From the NCBI GenBank assembly GCA_028718865.1, contig JAQUKX010000005.1, forward strand, positions 368 to 64,367: a DNA stretch of 64,000 nt, given 5' to 3'. The DNA comes from Patescibacteria group bacterium (GTDB lineage Bacteria; Patescibacteriota; Patescibacteriia; UBA1558; GWA2-36-10). This document shows positions 40,189 through 48,833 of the stretch, in pieces. The notes beneath the pieces are model-generated. The model saw only the letters and a list, made by a program, of their open reading frames with translations, was not told the DNA's origin and ran no database searches. Positions within the stretch are counted from its first letter, which is position 1. The number at the start of each line of letters is the position of its first letter. A program made the position numbers and the translations under genes.

Positions 40189-40746
40189 ATGCAAACAACC
40201 TATTATATTATTCTGGCCGTGATCGTGGTGCTGATTTTGTGGCTTATCGGTGTCTACAACGGCCTTGTCCGATTAAGAAACCGCGTTAAAGAAGCTTGGT
40301 CTGACATTGATGTCCAGCTCAAAAGACGCTATGACCTTATCCCCAACTTGATGGAAACAGTCAAAGGCTACATGAAACACGAAGAAGGGGTACTAACCAA
40401 AGTCACCCAAGCCCGCGCTCAAGCCATGCAAGCCAAGGGTCTCAAAGAAAAAGGCCAAGCTGAGAATATGCTCTCTGACACTCTCAAAAGCTTGTTTGCC
40501 GTAGCCGAAGGCTATCCCGATCTCAAGGCTTCGCAAAATTTCCTCCAACTGCAAGAAGAAATCGCTGATACAGAAAACAAAATCCAGGCTGCCCGGCGCT
40601 TTTACAACGGCCAAGTCCGCGACTTTAATACCAAAATTGAAGTTTTCCCAAATAATGTAGTAGCCGGCATGCTCAAATTCCAAGCTCAAGATTTCTTTGC
40701 TATTGAAGATGAAAAGCAAAGAGAAAATGTGCAGGTAAAATTTTAA
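40189..40746 (+). CDS. lemA: LemA family protein
   Basis: YNGLV, AWSDIDVQLKRRYDLIPNL, YPDLKAS, ARRFYN. Confidence 0.96.
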   Translation: MQTTYYIILAVIVVLILWLIGVYNGLVRLRNRVKEAWSDIDVQLKRRYDLIPNLMETVKGYMKHEEGVLTKVTQARAQAMQAKGLKEKGQAENMLSDTLKSLFAVAEGYPDLKASQNFLQLQEEIADTENKIQAARRFYNGQVRDFNTKIEVFPNNVVAGMLKFQAQDFFAIEDEKQRENVQVKF

Positions 40747-40759
40747 GAAAAATTATTTT

Positions 40760-40808
40760 ATCCGCCCGCCCGCCGAAGCTCGTAGAGCGTAGGCGGGCGG
40801 ATTTTTTT
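40760..40808. repeat. GC-rich palindrome / terminator containing a REP-like core
   Basis: ATCCGCCCGCC-CGCCGAAGCTCGTAGAGCGTA-GGCGGGCGGATTTTTTT. Confidence 0.65.
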
Positions 40809-40921
40809 ATTCTCTTGTCCTTGACAAGCAAAGACCTATATTGTTATATTAACTTGACTAATTTCTAAAAAATCTACCCAAAAAACGCTTCTTAACAGCT
40901 TTATTTAGAGCTAGAAAAAAT

Positions 40922-41803
40922 ATGTATAAACAAATAGACAGCAACAAAAGAAAAAGTTTTTTACTAATGCTGATTTTCTTTTTGGTCATAGTGGCTCTGG
41001 CCTGGGTCTGGCAAGCTTACTATGAAGGTGGCTACTATATCGTGGCACTGGCGGCTATATTTGCTCTGGTGATGAGTTTGACCAGCTTTTATTCTGGCGA
41101 CAAAATCGCTTTAGCCAGCGCCGGCGCCAAGGAAATCAAAAAGCAAGACAATCCCCAAATCTACCGCTTGGTGGAAAATCTGGCTATTACTGCCGGCGTC
41201 CCCACGCCCAAGGTCTATATCATCAATGATCCTTCGCTCAATGCCTTTGCTACTGGCCGCGATCCCAAGCACTCCTCTATTGCCCTGACCACTGGATTGA
41301 TAAACGCTCTAGAAAAAGACGAGCTGGAAGGAGTAATTGCCCATGAGCTGGCTCATGTCAAAAACTATGACATCCGGCTAATGATGGTAGTAATAATTTG
41401 CGTCGGCATTATTACTCTTTTGGCTGACTGGCTACTGCGCAGCTTTATCTGGGGCGGAGCTGGCCGCAATCGCGACAGCAAAGGCAATCCCATTATCATG
41501 ATAGTCGGCCTAGCGCTGATGATCTTATCTCCGATTTTTGCCAAGCTAATACAGCTGGCAATATCGCGCAAGCGCGAATATCTGGCTGATGCTTCCGGCG
41601 CTCTGCTTACCCGCTATCCCCAAGGCCTGGCCAAGGCTCTGGAAAAAATATCCCGCCAAAGCCAGCCACTTAAAAGAGCCAACAAAGCCACTGCCCATCT
41701 ATATATTGCCAACCCTTTTGCCGCCAGCGGCAAAAAAATCAGCCAAGCTTTTTCTACTCACCCGCCTATTGAAGAAAGAATTCGCCTATTGCGGCAGATG
41801 TAA
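40922..41803 (+). CDS. htpX: Zinc metalloprotease HtpX
   Basis: NAFATG, HELAH, SRKREYLAD, STHPPIEERI. Confidence 0.95.
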   Translation: MYKQIDSNKRKSFLLMLIFFLVIVALAWVWQAYYEGGYYIVALAAIFALVMSLTSFYSGDKIALASAGAKEIKKQDNPQIYRLVENLAITAGVPTPKVYIINDPSLNAFATGRDPKHSSIALTTGLINALEKDELEGVIAHELAHVKNYDIRLMMVVIICVGIITLLADWLLRSFIWGGAGRNRDSKGNPIIMIVGLALMILSPIFAKLIQLAISRKREYLADASGALLTRYPQGLAKALEKISRQSQPLKRANKATAHLYIANPFAASGKKISQAFSTHPPIEERIRLLRQM

Positions 41804-41833
41804 AGCAAAGCCGCGGTCAAAATAAATAAAAAT

Positions 41834-44305
41834 ATGTCAAAAGATAATCCGCAAAATATACTAAATAAATTCACTTATCACTTCAAAAAAGTGCTAATTC
41901 GCGCCCAGAATTTGGCTTTGGTCAAAAAACGGCCCATGATAGAAACCAGCGACCTTTTGCTCTCGCTGATAAAAACTCGCGGCTCGCTGGGCTCAGATAT
42001 CTTAATCAAGCAAAAAATAGAAATCAGCCTGCTCTCGGAAATCAGCTTGGATGAAAACTACCAGATGCTGGACTTAGACCAAGCCAAATTGCCCCAGCCT
42101 TCTCAAGATGCACAGAAAATAATTGAGCGAGCTGTAGCTACTGCCTACAAGCACCAGCACAAATACATCGGTACCGAGCACCTGCTTTGGAGCATCAGCC
42201 ACAGCGATGATCCGGCGGTCAAGGAAATGTTTGAAAAAACCAAGATCAACACTTTGCACCTTAGGCAGCAATTGAGCTTGATTTTGAAAAGCACTTCCAA
42301 ATTCAGCGACCTTACCGCTGAAGAAGAAATCAAAGAACTGGAAAACATCTTTGACGAAGAAGAGCCGGAAGGCAATTTCCTGGACGGCTTTACTGTCAAT
42401 CTCACCAGTTTGGAAGTGCAAAAAGACATAGATCCAGTGATTGGCCGCGGCAAAGAAATAGATCGGCTGATAGAAATCCTTTCTCGGCGCACCAAAAACA
42501 ATCCCCTGCTGCTGGGAGACGCTGGCGTGGGCAAAACCGCTATTATTGAAGGACTGGCCAAACGCATTACCCAAAACCGCGTACCCGATGTTCTTCTAAA
42601 TAAAAAAATCCTCAACTTGGATATTTCCAGCCTGATTGCCGGTACCATGTATCGCGGTGAATTTGAAAGTCGGCTCAAGCAGGTAATCAAAGAAATAAAA
42701 AACGACCCCAATGTCATCCTCTTTATTGACGAATTCCACACTATAGTTGGTGCCGGTGCTACCGCCGGCTCACTTGATGCCGCCAATATCCTCAAGCCGG
42801 CCTTATCGCGCGGCCAATTGCGCTGTATCGGTGCCACTACTTTTGAGGAATACAAAAAAAATATAGAAAGCGACAAAGCTCTGGAGCGAAGATTCCAGCC
42901 TATTATCATTGAAGAAAACAGCGAAGCGGAAACATTGGAAATACTAGCTGGCCTAAGGGAAAACTACGAAAAATTCCACAATGTCAAAATCAGCCCGGCT
43001 GCTCTGCAAGCTGCTGTCTCTTTGAGCAAAAGATTTTTACCGGACAAAAAACTACCTGATAAAGCCATTGACCTAATAGATGAAGCCGCTGCTCGCTTCC
43101 GCGTCAAAAACAGCAAAACCAGCCTAGTCAAAAAAATAAAAGAGCTAAAAGATCAGATAGAAACAATGGCTAGCAACAAAAAACAAGCTATTATCAGTGA
43201 AGATTATCTCACTGCCCTCAAATACAAAGACCAGGAAGAAAAACTGCTGGAAGAACTCCTCCAGCTCCAGGCTGAAGCTGACAAAAAGCAGCGAAAAAAC
43301 CTAGGAGAAATAAATGAGATCCATATCAAAGAAATTATATCCGATATCGCCAAAGTTCCTGTCAGCGACCTTGATGCCAAGGCCAGCCGCCAACTTCTGA
43401 ATCTGGAAAAACATCTAAGTAGCAATATTTTTGGCCAGGACAAAGCCATTGCCGCTATTTGCCAGCAAATCAGAAAATCAAAAGCCGGCCTGAGCAACCA
43501 AAACCGACCGCTAGCTTCTTTTATGTTTTTGGGTCCAAGCGGCGTAGGCAAGACCGAAATGTCCAAACAGCTGGCTCGCTATGTCTTTGGCGGCCAGCAG
43601 AATATGATCCGAGTGGATATGTCAGAATTCTCCGAAAAATTCAATATCTCCAAACTGATCGGCTCGCCGGCCGGATATATCGGCTACAAAGACAGCAACA
43701 AACTGACCGATCTGGTCAAAAACAAGCCTTATAGCCTGATACTTTTTGATGAAATAGAAAAAGCCCACCCCGATGTCTTCAATCTCCTTTTGCCTATTTT
43801 GGAAGAAGGTGAGCTGACCGACGCCACCGGCCGGACAGTCAATTTCCGCAATTGTATCATCACCATGACCTCCAATATCGGCCTCAAAGAATTCAATCAA
43901 GAAGCGGCTTTGGGCTTTACCAGCGAGGAAGACAAAAATAATTTTGAAAATTTAAGCCAAAAAATAATTTCTTCTCTGAACCAATATTTTCCCGTGGAAT
44001 TCAGCAACCGCCTAGACTCAATTATTGTCTTTGAACCGCTAAATCAGTCAGCTATTGCCAAAATCATCAAAAAGGAAATAGAAACTCTTGGTAGTCTACT
44101 TAGTAACAAAGGAATCAATTTGAAAGTCAGCCCGGCTCTGGTAAGCTACCTGGCGGAAAAATCCTCTCTAGGCAAAGAAGGTGCCCGAGGCCTAAAAAGG
44201 CTGGTCAATGAAGAGCTGGCCGAGCCTTTGGCCGCCAAACTGCTAGCGAACAAGCCAGCCAAAATAAGTATACAAATAAAAAAATCCCGCGTGCTAATCC
44301 AATAA
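41834..44305 (+). CDS. clpC: ATP-dependent Clp protease ATP-binding subunit (ClpC-like)
   Basis: Clp-N repeats, GDAGVGKT, LFIDEFH, GPSGVGKT, LFDEIEKAH. Confidence 0.93.
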   Translation: MSKDNPQNILNKFTYHFKKVLIRAQNLALVKKRPMIETSDLLLSLIKTRGSLGSDILIKQKIEISLLSEISLDENYQMLDLDQAKLPQPSQDAQKIIERAVATAYKHQHKYIGTEHLLWSISHSDDPAVKEMFEKTKINTLHLRQQLSLILKSTSKFSDLTAEEEIKELENIFDEEEPEGNFLDGFTVNLTSLEVQKDIDPVIGRGKEIDRLIEILSRRTKNNPLLLGDAGVGKTAIIEGLAKRITQNRVPDVLLNKKILNLDISSLIAGTMYRGEFESRLKQVIKEIKNDPNVILFIDEFHTIVGAGATAGSLDAANILKPALSRGQLRCIGATTFEEYKKNIESDKALERRFQPIIIEENSEAETLEILAGLRENYEKFHNVKISPAALQAAVSLSKRFLPDKKLPDKAIDLIDEAAARFRVKNSKTSLVKKIKELKDQIETMASNKKQAIISEDYLTALKYKDQEEKLLEELLQLQAEADKKQRKNLGEINEIHIKEIISDIAKVPVSDLDAKASRQLLNLEKHLSSNIFGQDKAIAAICQQIRKSKAGLSNQNRPLASFMFLGPSGVGKTEMSKQLARYVFGGQQNMIRVDMSEFSEKFNISKLIGSPAGYIGYKDSNKLTDLVKNKPYSLILFDEIEKAHPDVFNLLLPILEEGELTDATGRTVNFRNCIITMTSNIGLKEFNQEAALGFTSEEDKNNFENLSQKIISSLNQYFPVEFSNRLDSIIVFEPLNQSAIAKIIKKEIETLGSLLSNKGINLKVSPALVSYLAEKSSLGKEGARGLKRLVNEELAEPLAAKLLANKPAKISIQIKKSRVLIQ

Positions 44306-44311
44306 AAAATT

Positions 44312-45019
44312 ATGAAGAAGAAAAGCGAAACAGGCTTTTTCCCCCGACTGGGGGAAAAAGCCTTAAAATTTTTCCTAGACTGCGTCTTTCCCCAATTTTG
44401 CCTAGGCTGCAAAAAAGAAGGAGAAATCTGCTGCCAAGATTGTCTGGCCAAGCTGGACTTTTTGCCGCTTGACCCTTGGCCTTGGCCAGAAGAAAAATAT
44501 TGTTTTGATGCTTGCTATATTTGTCTGGCTTATGAAAACAAGTTGGTAGAAAAGCTAATCAAAAACTACAAATATAAATATCTGGAAAATCTGGCTGATA
44601 CACTTGCCGATATACTTTATCAGCAGGTACAAAAAATCCCTCTTGACCAAGGAGTCATAATCAGCAATGTGCCGCTCCATAGCCGTAAAAAGAAAAAGCG
44701 AGGCTTTGACCAGACTGAACTCTTGGCCAAAAAACTAGCGCAAAAAATGTCTTTAAAATACCAATCTCTACTTGTCCGCCAAAAAAATACTCAAACTCAA
44801 GCTGAGTTAAGCAAAGATAAACGCCAAAAAAATATGGCCAATGCTTTTGGCTTGCTAAATAGCAAAAAAATCAAAATCTATTTAGAAAAAGAAAAAATCA
44901 AGACTATTATTCTAATAGATGATATTGCCACTACTGGCTCCACTTTCAACGAAGCCAGTAAAACTATTAGTCAAAAATTTGATCAAAAAATCATCTGTTT
45001 AGCGCTAGCCAAAAATTGA
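44312..45019 (+). CDS. comF: ComF family competence protein
   Basis: Double zinc ribbon CxxC..CxxC, RGFDQ, LIDDIATTGST PRTase motif. Confidence 0.9.
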   Translation: MKKKSETGFFPRLGEKALKFFLDCVFPQFCLGCKKEGEICCQDCLAKLDFLPLDPWPWPEEKYCFDACYICLAYENKLVEKLIKNYKYKYLENLADTLADILYQQVQKIPLDQGVIISNVPLHSRKKKKRGFDQTELLAKKLAQKMSLKYQSLLVRQKNTQTQAELSKDKRQKNMANAFGLLNSKKIKIYLEKEKIKTIILIDDIATTGSTFNEASKTISQKFDQKIICLALAKN

Positions 45020-45098
45020 TTTTTTTCGTCTATTTTTTTATTGGCCAAAATAAGGTATAATAGTAGGGAAATTTTAAAAAATAAGCTAAAAAGAAAAC

Positions 45099-46046
45099 AT
45101 GGACACTATTACTGGACTAATATCTATCCTTACTTTATTCTACCTTTTGGGCAAATCAGCTGACTTGGCTATAAACAGCCTGCGAGAAATCGGCAAAAAA
45201 ATGGGTCTGGGTATTTTTTTCCTGGGCATTATCATGGGCTTTTTTACTTCTTTGCCGGAACTAGGCGTGGGCGTCAACTCCCTGCTAAACGATGTAGCCG
45301 ATATTTCACTTGGCAACCTGTTGGGCGGGACCATAGTGCTTTTTGGCCTGGTCTTAGGCATCAATCTTATTCTGCAAAAAAAAGTTGATTCTGAACAAAA
45401 AATAAAACACTTTGCCTTGATTTTGGCCTATTTATTTTTACCTTCTATTTTTGGATTAAACGGCCGTATAGAAATAATTGAAGGCATAATAATCGTAATA
45501 GCTTATTTTTGCCTGCTATTTATGCTATACTCCAAGCAAAAATATCATTTATCTGTTATCAGTCCTTTGGAAAGACGCCAATTTGTCCGACGCATTTTCC
45601 TTTTTTTAGCCGGTGTAGTTTTAGTACTTTTAATCTCTCATTTTATCGTGGAAATCACCGTCGACTTACTGGAAAAATTCGCTTTGAGCAATTTCATTAT
45701 CGGCCTTTTGATATTTTCCATTGGCACCAATTTTCCGGAAATTATCATTGCTGTGCGTTCTTGGAAAAACAAAATAAAAGAACTGTCCATCAGCAATCTT
45801 ATCGGCTCGGTCATGGCCAATATTCTGATAGTGGGCATCTTTGCCATAATCAAGCCCTACAAGATGGTCATTGACAACTCTTATTATGTCTATGTAGGCG
45901 GTTTATTTATTTTACTATCCTCTTTGCTGATATTTTATAAAACTGACAAAGCCCTTACCCGAAACGAGGGCTTTGCTTTGCTTTCTATCTATCTGGCTTT
46001 TATTATCGTCCAAATTCTTGTCGGTAATAAAAGCTTTATTTCCTAA
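45099..46046 (+). CDS. Na+/Ca2+ exchanger (YrbG-like)
   Basis: Alpha repeats TSLPE...GNLLG and GTNFPE...SNLIGS. Confidence 0.9.
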   Translation: MDTITGLISILTLFYLLGKSADLAINSLREIGKKMGLGIFFLGIIMGFFTSLPELGVGVNSLLNDVADISLGNLLGGTIVLFGLVLGINLILQKKVDSEQKIKHFALILAYLFLPSIFGLNGRIEIIEGIIIVIAYFCLLFMLYSKQKYHLSVISPLERRQFVRRIFLFLAGVVLVLLISHFIVEITVDLLEKFALSNFIIGLLIFSIGTNFPEIIIAVRSWKNKIKELSISNLIGSVMANILIVGIFAIIKPYKMVIDNSYYVYVGGLFILLSSLLIFYKTDKALTRNEGFALLSIYLAFIIVQILVGNKSFIS

Positions 46047-46126
46047 ATTTCGCCTGAAAAATAAAAAAACGCACCCTTTACAAAATGAGTAAAATATATT
46101 ATTATTGAGCGGCCTTATTTAATACT

Positions 46127-46218
46127 GGAGAGGTGGCTGAGTGGTTGAAAGCGGCACCCTGCTAAGGTGTTACTCCGATTTTTTGGGGTCGAGGGTTCGA
46201 ATCCCTCCCTCTCCGCCA
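46127..46218 (+). tRNA. tRNA-Ser(GCT)
   Basis: GGAGAGG/CCTCTCC acceptor stem, CTGCTAA anticodon loop, long variable arm, encoded CCA. Confidence 0.96.
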
Positions 46219-46263
46219 TAAGCCATTGCGGTTTATGGCTCCGCCAGTAAAAATTCTTGACAC

Positions 46264-46339
46264 GGTCCCGTAGCTCAACGGATAGAGCGTTTGGTTGCGG
46301 TCCAAAAGGTTGCAGGTTCGATTCCTGCCGGGATCACCA
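46264..46339 (+). tRNA. tRNA-Arg(GCG)
   Basis: TTTGG-TTGCGGT-CCAAA anticodon arm, GGTTCGATTCC T-arm, ACCA end. Confidence 0.93.
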
Positions 46340-46389
46340 CACTGCGCCCCTCATTTCATTCGGAGCTTCGTGTGGTTTTATAACCACAA
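46340..46389 (+). repeat. tRNA-3'-adjacent repeat, copy 1 (copy 2 at 50067-50115)
   Basis: CACTGCGCCCCTCATTTCATTCGGAGCTTCGTGTGG..CCACAA resembles CACTACGCTACTCATTATATTCGTAGCTTCGTATGG..CCACAA. Confidence 0.65.
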
Positions 46390-46462
46390 TGAAATCCAAT
46401 ATCAACAATGAAGTGTGTCACCCGAGGTCTTGACGAAGGGTGACAAATTAGAAGAAAATGCG

Positions 46463-46747
46463 ATGTATTACGTCTATATTTTACATTTAAACAATAGCTC
46501 TTTTTATACTGGGTACACTATAAATATTATCAAAAGATTGAAAGAGCATAAAAACGGAAGAGTTAAATCAACAAAAAATTTTAGACCAATCAAATTAGTT
46601 TGGTATTGTATTTTTCCATCTCGTTTACAAGCAAGAAGGTTTGAGAATTATCTAAAAACTGGCTCTGGTCAAGCATTTAGAAATAAAAGGTTAATAAAAA
46701 TTAATTTCATGGAGAGTTGGCAGAGCGGTCGAATGCGGCGGTCTTGA
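46463..46747 (+). CDS. Stand-alone GIY-YIG nuclease family protein
   Basis: MYYVYIL...FYTGYT..RLKEH..G...TK..RP...E.YLKTGSG. Confidence 0.9.
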   Translation: MYYVYILHLNNSSFYTGYTINIIKRLKEHKNGRVKSTKNFRPIKLVWYCIFPSRLQARRFENYLKTGSGQAFRNKRLIKINFMESWQSGRMRRS

Positions 46748-46798
46748 AAACCGTTAGACCGAAAGGTCTCGGGGGTTCGAATCCCTCACTCTCCGCCA
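46711..46798 (+). tRNA. tRNA-Ser(TGA), integration site of the DGR island
   Basis: GGAGAGT/ACTCTCC acceptor stem, CTTGAAA anticodon loop, long variable arm, CCA. Confidence 0.96.
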
Positions 46799-46847
46799 CA
46801 TCGTGCTAGCCCGAGGACCTTGAGACACTCGAGCGCTCGAGCATGTT

Positions 46848-46886
46848 AAAAAACAACCCCTTCGACAAGCTCAGGGCTGTTTTTTT
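46848..46886. terminator. Bidirectional hairpin terminator with REP-like core
   Basis: AAAAAACAACCCC-TTCGACAAGCTC-AGGGCTGTTTTTTT between the tRNA and the RT 3' end. Confidence 0.65.
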
Positions 46887-46910
46887 GTATGTATAATTTT
46901 TATTAACTCC

Positions 46911-46940
46911 TTGCTATTTTTTAGGGGGGGGTAGTATAAT
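46911..46940 (+). promoter_or_regulatory. Candidate sigma70 promoter with G8 tract in an 18-bp spacer, antisense to RT
   Basis: TTGCTA (46911-46916), spacer TTTTTTAGGGGGGGGTAG, TATAAT (46935-46940). Confidence 0.55.
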
Positions 46941-47970
46941 AGTCTTGTATGAAAGAATTTCTTAGATCATTACTAAAGTCATAAGCATTAGCGTGACTCA
47001 AAACACCCAAGTAAGATTGTAATGATTGTTCGTAAGTATATTTAGTTATTTTATCATCTTCATATTCATTTCTACGCAATTCTAATTTCCTTATCATCCT
47101 TTTCTTAGTATTAGCTCTAATGAGTTTGTGGTAAGGGAAAATAATATGACCCAGAAAATCAATACCTTGGCTATATTTACGAATAGATACTTTCTTAGGA
47201 TGTAATTGTAATAATAATTCATTAGATAAAAATTTAGATATTGGCTTCAAAATATTTTTTAAATACTCTTTGTCATCAGAAACAATTATAAAATCATCAG
47301 TATATCTGACATAATGCTTAACTTTCAATTCTTGTTTTATATACTGATCTAGCTTGTTCATGTAAATATTAGCGAAAATTTGTGAAGTGAGATTACCAAT
47401 CGGTAAGCCTTTCTTTTGAAATATATTAGAAGAATAACTATTAATTATATCTTCCATTAACCACATGGTATCTTTATCTTTTATACGTTTACAAAGAACA
47501 ACTAAAAGAACATAATGATCCACTGAATCAAAGAATTTCTTTATATCACATTTTAAAGCATAACAATTCCTTGTATTATTTTGACTTACTTTTCTTAATA
47601 TTTTAGCTAGAGTGTCCACTCCTTTGTGGCTACCTTTACCTTTACGGCAAGAAAATGAATTAGGAATAAAAGTCGGTTCAAATATTGGCAGCAATATTTT
47701 ATAAACAGCGTGGTGTAAAATTCTATCTCTAACCTTTGCCTTATGAATATGTCTAAGCTTAGGATCAGTAATATAGAAACCAGTATATGAACCATGACTA
47801 TAACTTTTATTGTCTAATTCCCTATGTAATTTAAAAACGTTTTCCTCTAAATTAAACTCAAACTTTTGGACATCAATTTTATGCCTTTTGTCTTTTTTAA
47901 ACTCATCCCAAGCTAAAAATAAATTTTTCAGTGAAATAATATCTTTAAATATATCATTATAAACTTTCAT
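46921..47970 (-). CDS. DGR reverse transcriptase
   Basis: DPKLRHI, RDRILHHA, SCRKGKGSH, LKCDIKKFFDSVDH, DGR-type GLPIGNLTSQ, YVRYTDDF, GIDFLG; adjacent TR/VR pair. Confidence 0.96.
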   Translation of the reverse strand: MKVYNDIFKDIISLKNLFLAWDEFKKDKRHKIDVQKFEFNLEENVFKLHRELDNKSYSHGSYTGFYITDPKLRHIHKAKVRDRILHHAVYKILLPIFEPTFIPNSFSCRKGKGSHKGVDTLAKILRKVSQNNTRNCYALKCDIKKFFDSVDHYVLLVVLCKRIKDKDTMWLMEDIINSYSSNIFQKKGLPIGNLTSQIFANIYMNKLDQYIKQELKVKHYVRYTDDFIIVSDDKEYLKNILKPISKFLSNELLLQLHPKKVSIRKYSQGIDFLGHIIFPYHKLIRANTKKRMIRKLELRRNEYEDDKITKYTYEQSLQSYLGVLSHANAYDFSNDLRNSFIQDYYTTPP

Positions 47971-48321
47971 ATGGACAATTTTGACATTCCAATTTTTAAG
48001 AAAAGCTACGATTTATACAAAACACTACATGAGTATAGAAACTCAATTCCCAAAAAAGATAGATTTACTATTTTTGAGCGGTGTGAGAATATCTTACTTG
48101 ATATCATAGCCAACATACTTTTGGCTTCCAGTCAAAAACCTAAAGATAAATTACCAACTCTAAACAATATAAGTTTAAAATTAAACCTATTAAGAGTATT
48201 TATTCGTCTGCTCAAGGACATCAAAGCCATAGACAATAAGAAATATGTTAGTCTGGAAAGCATGGTTGATGAAATTGGTAAAATGCTTGGTGGCTGGATA
48301 AGATCTACTAAGATCAGATAA
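47971..48321 (+). CDS. avd: DGR accessory variability determinant (Avd, four-helix bundle)
   Basis: IPIFKKSYDL, IPKKDRFTI, LRVFIRL, EIGKMLGGW; 116 aa, basic; lies between TR and RT. Confidence 0.9.
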   Translation: MDNFDIPIFKKSYDLYKTLHEYRNSIPKKDRFTIFERCENILLDIIANILLASSQKPKDKLPTLNNISLKLNLLRVFIRLLKDIKAIDNKKYVSLESMVDEIGKMLGGWIRSTKIR

Positions 48322-48351
48322 ACGAAAAGGTGCTAAAAAGCACCCTTTCGT
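48322..48351. terminator. Hairpin between the avd stop codon and the TR 3' end
   Basis: ACGAAAAGGTGCT-AAAA-AGCACCCTTTCGT. Confidence 0.65.
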
Positions 48352-48365
48352 AACAATGAGAAGAT

Positions 48366-48496
48366 ACTTCGGGACGAAGGCCGACACCGAGCCATAGTTG
48401 TCGTTGGCATTGTTGACCCAGTTGGTGTTGAACTTGACCTTGCCGTCGTTGAAGTTGAAGATTGGCGCGTTGTTGAACTGACCATCGGCATCCGGA
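48366..48496 (-). repeat. DGR template repeat (TR)
   Basis: 131-bp ungapped match to 48904-49034; AAC/AAT-rich on the minus strand (NNAPIFNFNDGKVKFNTNWVNNANDNY); 35 adenines counted. Confidence 0.96.
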
Positions 48497-48753
48497 TTAT
48501 TACTTCTGTCCATCTTTTATCACCAAGTATTGGGCTTTACTTCTTATTGGCTATAAGACTATATTCTCTTTACTTTGAATTTTATTTGGCAGCAACTAAT
48601 AAAGTATCTGCACCAGACAAAAGCAAGCAGTATCTCCTCAAAATAACACTCTCTTAAAAATCTTGATTTTTAAGACTCTGGTTATATATCTTTAAAGAGA
48701 AAGTCAGGCGATGGCAATTCTTAAAATGCCATTCACTAGCCCAACTCAAAAAT

Positions 48754-48762
48754 ATTATAACA
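48754..48762 (-). promoter_or_regulatory. Candidate extended -10 promoter for the TR-RT transcript
   Basis: TGTTATAAT on the minus strand just downstream of the target-gene terminator. Confidence 0.45.
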
Positions 48763-48780
48763 AATTATTTAAACAAAATG

Positions 48781-48826
48781 AAAAGAGGGTTACCCACGGT
48801 ACGTGGTACCTATGGATAACCCCCCT
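48781..48826 (-). terminator. Intrinsic terminator of the DGR target gene
   Basis: GGGGGTTATCCATAGGTAC-CAC-GTACCGTGGGTAACCCTCTTTT on the minus strand. Confidence 0.7.
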
Positions 48827-48833
48827 GTGGCGA

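Noticed and set aside
42074-42909. Antisense ORFs of 166 and 254 aa inside clpC, and similar short antisense ORFs elsewhere
   Set aside because: Antisense shadows of well-conserved genes with no recognisable motifs.
44312-45019. Alternative genetic code (TGA=Gly, code 25)
   Set aside because: comF ends at TGA at a normal length, and long genes are uninterrupted under code 11.
46828-46841. Perfect 14-bp palindrome CTCGAGCGCTCGAG at the island's left end
   Set aside because: Real but single and short; no function can be supported beyond a possible binding site.
46921-47970. Group II intron or retron RT
   Set aside because: LTSQ motif, short length, adjacent Avd and an adenine-specific TR/VR pair identify a DGR RT; no intron domain V or msr-msd seen.
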